Below are positions 30,851 to 40,097 of a stretch of 64,000 nt of DNA, piece by piece. Within the stretch, counting starts at the first letter, position 1; each line of letters opens with the position of its first letter. The translations under genes and the position numbers were made by a program. The notes beneath the pieces are model-generated. The model was not told the DNA's origin. It searched no databases and was given only the letters and a program-made list of their open reading frames with translations. Where the stretch lies: assembly GCA_965218585.1 (NCBI GenBank), contig CBDCLE010000003.1, positions 32,001-96,000 on the forward strand. Direction: 5' to 3'. The DNA is from Terriglobia bacterium (GTDB lineage: Bacteria; Acidobacteriota; Terriglobia; 20CM-2-55-15).

Positions 30851-31889
30851 ATGAAATCGTTCATAGCCATCTTGCTGCTGTTGACCGGCCTCACGGCGTG
30901 TTCAGCACCAGGCCCCGAACCCACCGATTCTTCAGAAGACGCCCGGAATGCTGTAGCGCCCGAGTTTCGACCGGCTCCCTTTGGGGCGCAGGCGCCTCCA
31001 CTGACGGATCCAGTCGACATCGAAGCCATCGATCAGTTGAGCAGAGACTGGATTGCGACGTTCGAGGGAGGAAATCCCGAGCCTGTGGAGTTCATGTTTG
31101 CACGTGAAGCGATCTTTCTCACCACAGAGCACGAAGCCCTGTTGGCCGAGGGGGCCGCATCGGCTAAGGTTCTGTTCGAGAATTCACTGCCCGGTTAGCA
31201 TTAACGGACGCGGTGAATCAAGACGAGGGCCAGAATTGGGCTTCGTACAAGGCGCTTTTCGAGCTCGGGCTCACGCCAAAGAGCGGTGGCGAATGATCCA
31301 ATTCGACGGTAACTTTTTTGTCCGGTTTCACCGGGAGCCGGACGGCACCTTCGAAGTGATGCACGGTCCCCTCGAAGGCGAACCCGCGTCCGACTTCACG
31401 TTGAACTACATGAAGGGGAACGGTTCATCGGTCCAACTCTCCAGCTTGCGGGATAAGCCGACAGTTCTTGTTTTCGGCAGTTACACGTGAGGACCCTTCC
31501 GTTCCGGTGTCGGTGACATCGAAGATTGGTACCAAGCTTATAAGAATCAGGCTCACTTTCTCTTCGTCTACATCGAAGAAGCCCACTCGCTCCAGGGTTG
31601 GGTGACCGAGGGCAACGAAGCAGCAGGCATCCAGATCAACGACCACACAAGCTATGAAGAGAGGGAAGCGGTTGCAGAACTCTGCACGACGGCTCTGGAC
31701 CTAACCGTGCCAGCCATAATCGACAAGTTCGACAACGCCGTGGAGATCGCCTATGGGGGGTTCCCGGATCGCATCTACGTTGTCGACTCTGATGGGATCG
31801 TGCGGTACAAGACCAAGCAAGGACCCTTCGGGTGGGACATTCCGGAGGCGACCTCAGCCCTGGACGGCGTCCTCGAAGGCGGTTCTTGA
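30851..31889 (+). CDS. Lipoprotein: SnoaL/NTF2-like domain fused to iodothyronine deiodinase-like selenoprotein domain (UGA=Sec at 31488-31490; two 1-bp frameshifts near 31181 and 31273)
   Basis: LTAC lipobox; KPTVLVFGSYT-TGA-GPFR continues in frame to FLFVYIEEAH..GW, YGGFPDRIYVV, GPFGW, which are deiodinase signatures. Confidence 0.85.
31491..31525 (+). promoter_or_regulatory. Bacterial SECIS-like hairpin
   Basis: CGGTGTC-GGT-GACATCG stem (31505-31521) with a G-led apical loop 21 nt after the UGA. Confidence 0.65.
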
Positions 31890-31934
31890 CCGTATGGTGG
31901 AAGTCAGAAGCGCGGGATGGGCAGTTGTTGTTCT

Positions 31935-32932
31935 TTAACGGTCCTCAAACCCGTTCGTCATCGGGCGGTCCCTTGTGGGAGGAGGCGTTTCGCACGGCGA
32001 GGGCATCCATTTGGAGCCGTCCGGTTCTTTCTTGAAGTGTGAAGTGGTGACGAACGGAACAGCGAGGTAGATGGGGTCTTCGACGATCGTGGTCACGACG
32101 AACCATTCCTCCCATTCGCCTCCGTGAAACGATCGAAGTATTCGGTCATGATGGCGTTCTCGCTATAGGGCACGCCATTGGCCCGCAGGTATCCTGCCTT
32201 CAGGTTGGTCGTCATCGCCAACAGATTACCGCCCCGTGTCCCTCCCCCTTGACCTCGACCCTCAGGTGCAGGATTTTCAACACCTTCGGCCGCGCCCCTC
32301 GGAAGCCCTTCGTCGTCGGCCGGTGGCCGATCGGTGTCAGCCGGTGGTCCGCCACCGCGCCTGAATCCGCGGCGACCGCCACCACGCGCGGCCATGTTCT
32401 CCCACTGCCCAACCGAATACCCCTGCCAGGCAGCCTCTTGCTGTGGGCGTGCTGCGATCATCGCGATCAGGGACTGCGGCTGGTTCTCGGGAGCAAAGTG
32501 GATCCGGCGTGTTTGCGTTCCGTTATCGGTGTCGATTTTCAGCGTGAGGTCGTTCTCCCACGTGATGCGGAGGCGTGTCGGCGTCCGCATGATCGCTGCC
32601 GCGCCAAACGCCCGGCACTGATTGCCCGCGGCGTTGTCTGCCGCGAGGTCCCACGTGTCGGCGACCCGAGTGCCCTCCGGGTTGAGCGGCATGCTGTCAT
32701 AGTCACCCTTGGGCGGCGTCAGCATCCGCCAGCGCCAGTCCTCGCTCACAATGGACACCCAGTTTCCCGTGAGATCGATCAGAGCTCCTGCCTGGCCTGG
32801 TCTGATGGGAGGAGGGGCCCCCCTTCCGCGCTGGGCGGCGAGTTCGATGGTGTTGAGGCTCAATATTGCCAATACCGCAGTAGCGGCGATGACGAGGCGA
32901 GGGGTGCGTTCTCGGGTCAGTGTCCCTTGCAT
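31935..32932 (-). pseudogene. Secreted protein related to the DUF6152 partner domain, frameshift near 32112
   Basis: DLTGNWV, QCRAFG, QGYSVGQWE; adding one G gives EWFVVTTIVEDPIYL...SPC to the stop at 31935. Confidence 0.7.
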
Positions 32933-32956
32933 TGGTGTTCCTCCAAACTCGGGCCG

Positions 32957-33943
32957 TCAGCGGGCAGGATTGGAACGCGCGGCGTTCCGGAGATCCGTGT
33001 ATACCGTCTCGATAAACATCGTCGTCGTCCACGGTCCTGTGTCCCTTCCGTATATTCCGTCATATTCGAGCGTCGGTTTCGCCGCCATGACGTCGTCCAA
33101 CGTCATTTCCTGGTCCAACATGATCTGGATGCGGTCGCGCACGATCGTCAGCATGTCGCGAACCTGGACGACGTCCGCCTCATTGCTGATTCGGCCGTGT
33201 CCCGGAATTACGAGTGTGCCTCCCTGCTGATTGCGCTCGGGAATAGTGATGTCGATGATCTCGTTCAGTGCATCGATGGAGCCCTGGACGCTGCCGCCCT
33301 GCCGAAGGTTGATCAGTGGGTAGGTCGAGGTCACGTACAGATCACCGGTGCTGATGACATCCGAGCGGCGGAAGTAGACCAGGATGTCGGCGTCGGTATA
33401 CGCCTCCGGTTGATGCAGCATCTCGATCGACTCGCCGTTAAAGTACATTGTCCTTTTGGCGCCAAAAAAAGTCTGGGACGGCCACATCTCGAAGGGTACT
33501 TCTTCGGGCGTTCCGAGCAGCTGACCCAGCCTGATCAAGCCGTTCTCGTGTCCGATGATCGGCAGCTCCTCGACATTCCGGCCCGATAGCGTCTCACCGA
33601 CCTCTGCGAACTCTTCATTTGCCCCGATGTGATCGGGGTCCACGTTGGTGTTTACAAGGTACCGAATCGGTTCGTCCGTCAGGCGCCCGATCTGGGCAAG
33701 GACTTTATCGCTGATGGCCGCCAGACTCGGGTCAACGACCATGACTCCGTCGTCCCCGACGTAGAGCGTGATATTGGCGCCGGCATTGGCCACCATGTAG
33801 ACGTTGCCCTGCACGGGCAGCACCTCGATTTCGGTACTGTCGGGATCTCTGGGGTCAGGTCGCTGCGCGTATGCGACAAGACCCGCTCCAGTCGGAAATG
33901 TCCAGAGTGCTGACAGCGCCACCAGGAGCGATGCGGCGCATAG
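32957..33943 (-). CDS. MBL-fold (cyclase-like) hydrolase; 5' end abuts IS701 copy 2
   Basis: VQGNVYMV.NAGANI, NTNVDPDHIGAN, AYTDAD, STGD, IPGHG. The ORF-track start lies inside the IS. Confidence 0.75.
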   Translation of the reverse strand, partial: LCAASLLVALSALWTFPTGAGLVAYAQRPDPRDPDSTEIEVLPVQGNVYMVANAGANITLYVGDDGVMVVDPSLAAISDKVLAQIGRLTDEPIRYLVNTNVDPDHIGANEEFAEVGETLSGRNVEELPIIGHENGLIRLGQLLGTPEEVPFEMWPSQTFFGAKRTMYFNGESIEMLHQPEAYTDADILVYFRRSDVISTGDLYVTSTYPLINLRQGGSVQGSIDALNEIIDITIPERNQQGGTLVIPGHGRISNEADVVQVRDMLTIVRDRIQIMLDQEMTLDDVMAAKPTLEYDGIYGRDTGPWTTTMFIETVYTDLRNAARSNPAR

Positions 33944-35411
33944 TACTACTATGTTACAAACGAAGCGGTCCACAGAACGGACAACGAGGAAGCTGCTGAA
34001 TCAGGAAGCGGGCGATGCGAATGCGAAGCGTGGCAATCGAGCAGGGGTTATGTCGTTCGGGCCGGATCCGGGGTTCCGCGGGGTTTGAAGTGTTTGGGGA
34101 GTTTGGGGACGGATAGTCCAACATGCTCGACAAATGCAGAGGGGGAAAAACGGCTCCGCTCGGCGACCAGGAACCCATAAGAGGCAATACATAAGGTGCC
34201 ATGATGGTGAAATCCACGCCAGCCGCGACCTTCGTAGTGTCCCAGACCGAGTTCCTGCTTGAGTTCCTGATAGTCGCGTTCGATGATCCAGCGCTGTTTG
34301 GCCTGACCGGCCAGATCGGAAAGCGAGGTATGGGCCCCAAGAGTGGAGAGCCAGTACCGGATCGGTTCGGATGCGGTCTTGGGCCACTCGACCAACAACC
34401 ACTCTTTCGGATGCGGCGAGTGGCGCTCGTGATCCAGATGAGCGGGACGAATGCGAACTGCGGCGAAACGGGAACGCAGGGTCTCGGAGGTGCCTTCGCG
34501 CCAGGAGACGTTCTTCCAACGCTGGGGAGACAACGAGAGGGCCAGTTGCTTGACCGAAACCGGTTGATGTTTCTTGTTGCGCTGCATGCGGGTCGGTGTC
34601 CGTCCGCGGCCGGTCAAGGATTTCGGCGGCAAGGGACCCTGGCCCGGTTTCCACACGGTCGTGGTGCCTTGCACCCCTAGGACGTAGCTAAGTCCGAGTT
34701 CGGTGATGCCGTGCCGGAACTTGTAGTTGTTGCCGTAGGCCGTATCGCCCAGAACCGGTGCCGGAGCAATGCCGTCATCGACGGCCTGCCGGATTTGTTC
34801 CAAAGCAATTTGAGGTTTAGTTTGAAATCGAACGTCTTCGGGAATAGCGGCTTTGCTTCGACGTTCCGGATCCTTCGCCCAGGTCTCGGGGAGGTAGAGT
34901 CGCCATGCCACCGGCAAGCTGGATTTCGCTGTCGCCACCGACAGGCTCACCGCCACCCGGCAGTTCTCAGGTTTGCCGACCTGTCCACAGTATTGCCGGG
35001 CCACACCCACCGAGTGGGTCCCCTTTTTCACGAATCCGGTGTCGTCGACAATCCAGGCTTCAATCGGACCGTTGGCTTCCATCGCCCCCAGCGCGTACTG
35101 TCGAACTTCTGCCAACAGAGCCGCATCGTCCCAGGGCGCATCCGCGACCAGATGATGTAGCGACTGGTGCATTCGGCGTACATTATCCGGAGCCAATCGT
35201 GCAGCCATCGGCTCCACACTCTTACGTTTGATCGGCAGCAACAACCCGGTGCAGTACGACTTCAACGGTTCATGACGATCGGCGTGTCCTGCGGCCGACG
35301 CCAGGCGTTCCAAATAGGCCGCAAAACGTTTTTCCTGAGTGCCTGGCGCCTTCGATTTGGCGCTCATGACCGGATGCTAACATAAAATAGACCGTTTGTA
35401 ACATAGTAGTA
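33944..35411 (-). mobile_element. IS701-family insertion sequence, copy 2 (1468 bp, inverted relative to copy 1)
   Basis: 19-bp TIR TACTACTATGTTACAAACG at both ends; flanks ATAG / GTAG are not identical. Confidence 0.95.
34048..35367 (-). CDS. IS701-family transposase (same protein as 9861-11180)
   Basis: Identical 439-aa translation. Confidence 0.95.
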   Translation of the reverse strand: MSAKSKAPGTQEKRFAAYLERLASAAGHADRHEPLKSYCTGLLLPIKRKSVEPMAARLAPDNVRRMHQSLHHLVADAPWDDAALLAEVRQYALGAMEANGPIEAWIVDDTGFVKKGTHSVGVARQYCGQVGKPENCRVAVSLSVATAKSSLPVAWRLYLPETWAKDPERRSKAAIPEDVRFQTKPQIALEQIRQAVDDGIAPAPVLGDTAYGNNYKFRHGITELGLSYVLGVQGTTTVWKPGQGPLPPKSLTGRGRTPTRMQRNKKHQPVSVKQLALSLSPQRWKNVSWREGTSETLRSRFAAVRIRPAHLDHERHSPHPKEWLLVEWPKTASEPIRYWLSTLGAHTSLSDLAGQAKQRWIIERDYQELKQELGLGHYEGRGWRGFHHHGTLCIASYGFLVAERSRFSPSAFVEHVGLSVPKLPKHFKPRGTPDPARTT

Positions 35412-35883
35412 GTAGTCAGCATAAAGAATCCCATCCGTTCGAATCGTCTGATGTGCCCGGCGATTTCAGTGCTTCTAAAGGCTTCTGTTTTTTTGCGCAC
35501 GTCAGGGCCAGTTGACAGCACGCCGAAACTAATTCTACACCAACGCTTCTTTGCTAATTGACCCTGTGCCGACACCCCCAGCTGGCAAGCCTTCGATTAG
35601 ATTGAGTTAAGAATAAGAAGGGGTCGCGAGGGGCCTCCTGTAGATCCCGGCGAGATCACGATCGGAGATCTAATCTATCTGAACGGTGGCGAGGCAGGTT
35701 TGCCGGCTTCTCTTCCCAGGCTCATCGTCCCTGTTCGAGGTTTTCGACTTGGTTCCGAACGCGCCTCCTCACACGTGCTCCTAACTATCCCCATTAAGCT
35801 CCCCCTGGGTTATAATTCCAAGGAATCCCCTTTTCTGACCCCTTTGTTGCAGACACTTTTCCAAGCTTCTCCGGGAGGAATCC

Positions 35884-36318
35884 ATGGGACGGAAGTATAA
35901 ACAGCAGGGTTATCAGGAAGTTGGCCAGGAGCGGAGCGGAGGACAACAGAAGCCGCAACCGAAGCGGTCTTCCGATGGCCCCCGGTCGCCCCGCATGCCG
36001 GGATTCCAGGAAGTGATGCGTTGTGCGATGTGCGGCAACATAGTGCCGGCCTTCACTGAAGTCAATGCCGAGAGCCAGTGCTCGAAATGCGGCAGCGATC
36101 TTCAGAGTTGTAAGCACTGCAGACATTTCGATACGGGTGCTTTGCTTGAATGCACCCAGGCGATTCCTGAGCGAATTGTCGCGAAGGATAAGAGAAACGA
36201 CTGTGAGTTTTTTGAAGCACGTACGTCAGTGGAAAAACAAACTTCGTCTCCCAGTAGTGTCACCAGTCCCAGTACGCCTAAGGACGCGCGTAGCGCCTTC
36301 GACGATTTGTTCCGCTAG
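35884..36318 (+). CDS. Cys-rich zinc-ribbon hypothetical protein
   Basis: CAMCG, CSKCG, CKHC, further Cys, C-terminal ARSAFDDLF; RBS GGAGG. Confidence 0.7.
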   Translation: MGRKYKQQGYQEVGQERSGGQQKPQPKRSSDGPRSPRMPGFQEVMRCAMCGNIVPAFTEVNAESQCSKCGSDLQSCKHCRHFDTGALLECTQAIPERIVAKDKRNDCEFFEARTSVEKQTSSPSSVTSPSTPKDARSAFDDLFR

Positions 36319-36479
36319 AATTTGTTAAGCGGCATCGAAGGACGCCCGTCGTTGGCCTAGTCTCCTCCCATGCACTAAGCTTTTGTTAACAGTTATTTCA
36401 CACCATCTGCCCGACTCCTGCCCTGCCATTGCAGAGGCTCGAGTTTTGATAAGAAGATGGCAGATGACGAGGAGAGAAT

Positions 36480-37865
36480 TTGCCTGAAGATCGTTTAAAA
36501 ATAGCTGTGTTTGTGGACTTCGACAATATTGAGATCGGAGTCCGAAACACACTGAATAGAAATTTTGATATCGCCGCGGTGCTTGAAGCAATCAAGGAAC
36601 GCGGTGAGATCGCAACCAAGATCGCATACGGAGACTGGAAACGCTCCGGTGATTACGGCCGGGCCATGGGCCAGCACGCCATTCACATGGTCCAGCGGAA
36701 TCCCACCCCGGGCGGAGACAAGAACGGCGCGGACATCAACCTGGCCCTAGATGCACTGGAAATGGCGTTTACGCGTGACCATATCAACGCCTTTGTCATC
36801 GTAAGTGGTGACAGTGATTTCATCACCCTGGTTGAAAAACTGAAGCAGTACGACAAGAAGGTATTTGTCGTCGGCGGACGTGGATTCACCAGCGGCATCA
36901 TGCAGCGAAACTGTCACGAGTTCATCGCTTACGAGAATCTCATCCGCTCGCAGACTTCGGGACGGAGGCCGACTGGCAGGTCGAGATCGACAGCTAGCGA
37001 AACGCCCGTCGATAAGTCTGTACCGTTGATCCGAAGAGCCCTCAAAGTTCTCAGTGATCGCGAGGTTTCTCCGCAACTCGGATTGTTGAAGAGCACCCTG
37101 CTCCAACTCGATTCTACTTTTTCCGAGCGCGACTACGGTGCAACCACGTTTCGGGATTTTATTGAGAAACTGGCCCGAACCGGGGTCGTGAGCCTGAAAC
37201 AGGTCGATCGCAGCCTGCTTGTCGAGTTGCGTGAAGGCGGAGGCGGAGAACCATTGGACGACGGGAGGAACGGCAAGAGTCTGCCCAGCCGGCGCGCTAC
37301 GTCAACCAAATCTGAAGAGTCATCGGGTAACGGTTCCCCAAGAACGGATGAAGGTATCCAACTGATCCGGTCTGTGTTCGAAAAGGCCGAGGCACCGCTG
37401 AAGTGGCCGATGTATGTCCGTGGTGTTAAGCAGTTCATCAAAGCTGCTGAACCGGATTTCGACGAAAAAGCGTACGGTTTTTCTGGCCTCTTAGATGCGC
37501 TACGACAGGTCCAGAAGGCCGGCGTGTTGCGTCTTGAGCGGACGCGCCAGGGAGTGCTTCGGATTTTCCCCGGTGAAGAGATAGAGAAGTCGATCGCCAG
37601 TGGCGGATCATTATCGGGGGAAGCCGAGAAATCTGAGGGAGCAACTTCAGACGAGCCCGCTACCGGAGATGACATAGCCCCTGCTGAGGAAGCGAAAACA
37701 ACTAAGACTACGAAGAAGGCCACGACAAAGAAGAAGGCGACTAAGAAGAAGACCGTGACCAAGAAGAAGGCCACGAAGAAGAAAGCTACAGCCAAGAAGA
37801 CGACGAAGAAGAAGGCTGTTGCGAAGAAGGAAGAGGAAGAAGCTAAGGTTGGAAGTGAGGAGTGA
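36480..37865 (+). CDS. NYN-domain protein with two LOTUS/OST-HTH domains and Lys-rich tail
   Basis: IAVFVDFDNI, KNGADINLALDA, VSGDSDF, CHEFIAY; FSERDYG and FDEKAYGF; KKATKKK repeats. Confidence 0.88.
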   Translation: MPEDRLKIAVFVDFDNIEIGVRNTLNRNFDIAAVLEAIKERGEIATKIAYGDWKRSGDYGRAMGQHAIHMVQRNPTPGGDKNGADINLALDALEMAFTRDHINAFVIVSGDSDFITLVEKLKQYDKKVFVVGGRGFTSGIMQRNCHEFIAYENLIRSQTSGRRPTGRSRSTASETPVDKSVPLIRRALKVLSDREVSPQLGLLKSTLLQLDSTFSERDYGATTFRDFIEKLARTGVVSLKQVDRSLLVELREGGGGEPLDDGRNGKSLPSRRATSTKSEESSGNGSPRTDEGIQLIRSVFEKAEAPLKWPMYVRGVKQFIKAAEPDFDEKAYGFSGLLDALRQVQKAGVLRLERTRQGVLRIFPGEEIEKSIASGGSLSGEAEKSEGATSDEPATGDDIAPAEEAKTTKTTKKATTKKKATKKKTVTKKKATKKKATAKKTTKKKAVAKKEEEEAKVGSEE

Positions 37866-37876
37866 CAAGCCCAGAA

Positions 37877-37911
37877 ACGGGATGCTTGACCTAACGTAGG
37901 CAATCATCCCG
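37877..37911. terminator. Hairpin between convergent genes
   Basis: CGGGATG..TTG.CCTA-ACG-TAGG.CAA.CATCCCG stem-loop; no clear U-tract. Confidence 0.4.
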
Positions 37912-37960
37912 CTTCCGAAGTGACTGAGTGCTGATGGCCGACAGCGTGCTTGATCGGGCG

Positions 37961-38554
37961 CTAATGCACCCCGAACTTGATCGCTTCCAGAACCGCCTCC
38001 ACCACTTCGGGATCAAACTGAGTGCCCTTGCCCAGGATCAGTTCCTCAGCAGCCTCCCGAGTGGTTAGTGCACGCCGATAGGGCCGATCATTCGTCATCG
38101 CGTCGTAAGCGTCCAGAACTGCAATCACGCGGGAACCGAAAGGTATTTCATCGCCTGCGAAGCCGTTTGGATATCCCGAGCCGTCGTACCACTCGTGATG
38201 GTGCAACACGACATCGGCCACCTGCCTGAAGTTTTCTGTCTGCTGTAGGGCATCGTACCCAAACTGGGCGTGACCCTGCATGATTTGGCGCTCCTCCACG
38301 GTTAGAGGTCCCCGTTTGTGAAGGATGGGATCTGGGATTGCGATCGTACCCAGATCGTGGAGATGTGATGCGGTTTCAACGAGTTGCGTTTCTCTGGACG
38401 AGAGCTCAAAGCGCTTGGCCACCTCCCTGGCGAGGGAGCAGATCCGCTCGCTGTGCATGCCGACACTGCGGTCCCGCATGCGTAGCAGATTGGCGAATGC
38501 CCCGGTTTGTGACTGAATTCCTTCGATTTCCAGCTCTTCAAGTATCGTCGACAT
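37961..38554 (-). CDS. Stand-alone HD-GYP domain protein
   Basis: HSERI, LHDLG, HHHEWYDGSGYP, DAYDAMTNDRPYR, GTQFDP. Confidence 0.9.
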   Translation of the reverse strand: MSTILEELEIEGIQSQTGAFANLLRMRDRSVGMHSERICSLAREVAKRFELSSRETQLVETASHLHDLGTIAIPDPILHKRGPLTVEERQIMQGHAQFGYDALQQTENFRQVADVVLHHHEWYDGSGYPNGFAGDEIPFGSRVIAVLDAYDAMTNDRPYRRALTTREAAEELILGKGTQFDPEVVEAVLEAIKFGVH

Positions 38555-38669
38555 TTGTTTCTCCAGTGATCTGGTCGTTAGTCGGACTTCCCGCCTTCAC
38601 TCAGTTTTATCGGCAGGAACAGCAGAAAGCTTAGTTTTTTTTACGCGGTTCTATGGAAGGGGCTGTCAA

Positions 38670-39035
38670 GAGAAACACGTCCCCGCCGAGCGGACCACCG
38701 GACCCAACACTGTCGTGGCAGCCAGCCCCTGTCTCCGTTGAGACGAACTGTTGATCCGGCATCGCAGAGAAGTCGATCACTCATCACAACGTGGTGTGGT
38801 TTCGAGAAACTGAAAAGCGCAAAGGGGTCGTGATTGCCGACCACGGTTCTATCTGAGCCTCGAGGGCTATCGCTTTTCCAGGTCGTGCGAGGGGGGATAG
38901 AGTATTACATGGGCCTTCAGCAAGCGCTGTGTGCCAACCGCGTATCGGATCCTCACCCTCGACCCTACCGTTCCGACGCCTCACCGACGACGAGCGGTCG
39001 AATGCCTCGCGCTGTCGGCAGAAGTCTGGAAACGG
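38670..39035 (-). ncRNA. Candidate bridge/seek RNA of the IS110 element (boundaries approximate)
   Basis: Structured 3' noncoding region holding a 9-nt copy of the element end (38844-52) and a 7-nt copy of the reconstructed target (38939-45). Confidence 0.55.
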
Positions 39036-40097
39036 CTATGTCGCCAAGTTCAGTTTCTTTGCGTTAAACGTGTCTCCTTTCTTCCACATCTTCAGTGCGG
39101 TCGCTGCAATCTTCCTCGCCAGTGTCAGCCGAGCCATCTCCTTACGCTTGCCGTCTTTCTGGAGCCCCTCCAGGTAGCTTTTCCAAGGTTCGGCCCCCAT
39201 GCCTCCGGTCGCCGCCCCGATGAACACATCTTTCAAACGTCGGTTGCCGTTGCGGTTCAGTCCCCGCGTGGCGATCGGCTTTCGACGACGTACCACACGA
39301 CTCCCTTCCTGCTCATACTCCGCACTCATGTGCATTGCCACGGCCAGACCGCTGTAGTTCCAGAGCTGGCGTTTGGTTCGAAATCGATGCGGGGTGTCCC
39401 CCGTCGCTACAATCAAGGCGCAACGTATCGGTCCCAACTGGGGAATCGTCTGCAATATCCCCACCGCACGATGCTTGCAGCTCTCGGTTAACATCGCCAG
39501 CTTCGCTTTTTTTCTTAACCCTCTCAGATGATCCAGCTCCTCATACAACCATCCGGTACGCCGCCGTGCACCGGTATTGGCGAGCTGTTCGATCCAGTGT
39601 TCCCGCTGCGATGGGAGGTAGACGCCGTGGCCCGGCGTCCGGATCCCACGTCCTCGATACATTGCCTTGATCCGAACCATCGTCCGCTGCGTATCCAGGG
39701 TCAAGGTCTCATATCCGCGGACCAGTTCTTTCAACGTCCGCGTCGCATCGTGCCCGTGGTAGACCGACCGCAGCCATCCGGCCCGGAGCAGCTCGGCCAG
39801 TTTCAGGGCATCCACCCGGTCGGTCTTGGACCCGTCACTGAGCAGTTTGTTCCGTCTGGGATCACACACGATCACTTCGCTCACATATCCCCGGACCACG
39901 TTGTAGAGCCATTCGGCCTGCGTGGTTTCTTCAAACGTCACGTGCAGCTCACCACTCAGACTCTCCAGCAAATCAATGATTGGCCCGGCCTGGGTCTCTA
40001 CGATCTTTTCCCAGACCAGTTTGCCGTCTGCGTTTAAGACCATCACCACCGTCGTTGCCTGGTGCACATCCATGCCGATATACTTGGCCTGTTTCAT
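39036..40097 (-). CDS. IS110-family DEDD transposase/recombinase
   Basis: YIGMDVHQ, VTFEE, KTDRVDA, LQTIPQLG, YSGL..MS, GNRRLK, LARK. Confidence 0.92.
   Translation of the reverse strand: MKQAKYIGMDVHQATTVVMVLNADGKLVWEKIVETQAGPIIDLLESLSGELHVTFEETTQAEWLYNVVRGYVSEVIVCDPRRNKLLSDGSKTDRVDALKLAELLRAGWLRSVYHGHDATRTLKELVRGYETLTLDTQRTMVRIKAMYRGRGIRTPGHGVYLPSQREHWIEQLANTGARRRTGWLYEELDHLRGLRKKAKLAMLTESCKHRAVGILQTIPQLGPIRCALIVATGDTPHRFRTKRQLWNYSGLAVAMHMSAEYEQEGSRVVRRRKPIATRGLNRNGNRRLKDVFIGAATGGMGAEPWKSYLEGLQKDGKRKEMARLTLARKIAATALKMWKKGDTFNAKKLNLAT

Noticed and set aside
31170-31280. Programmed ribosomal frameshifting in the deiodinase fusion
   Set aside because: No slippery heptamer; similar 1-bp indels occur across the window, favouring error or decay.
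32249-33589. Long ORFs opposite real genes (also 17843-18880, 2079-2987, 53337-54218)
   Set aside because: Antisense to genes with clear motifs; typical high-GC shadow ORFs.
9817-35411. Composite transposon or inversion bounded by the two IS701 copies
   Set aside because: Copy 1 has its own TSD and the rhodanese is collinear across it; the outer flanks are not direct repeats.
35610-35640. Similarity of AAGAAGGGGTCGCGAGGGGCC to 7483-7504
   Set aside because: Short and gapped, only two instances; not distinguishable from chance without a genome-wide search.
37133-37903. 256-aa Phe/Val-rich minus-strand ORF
   Set aside because: Antisense shadow of the AAG-rich tail of the NYN gene.
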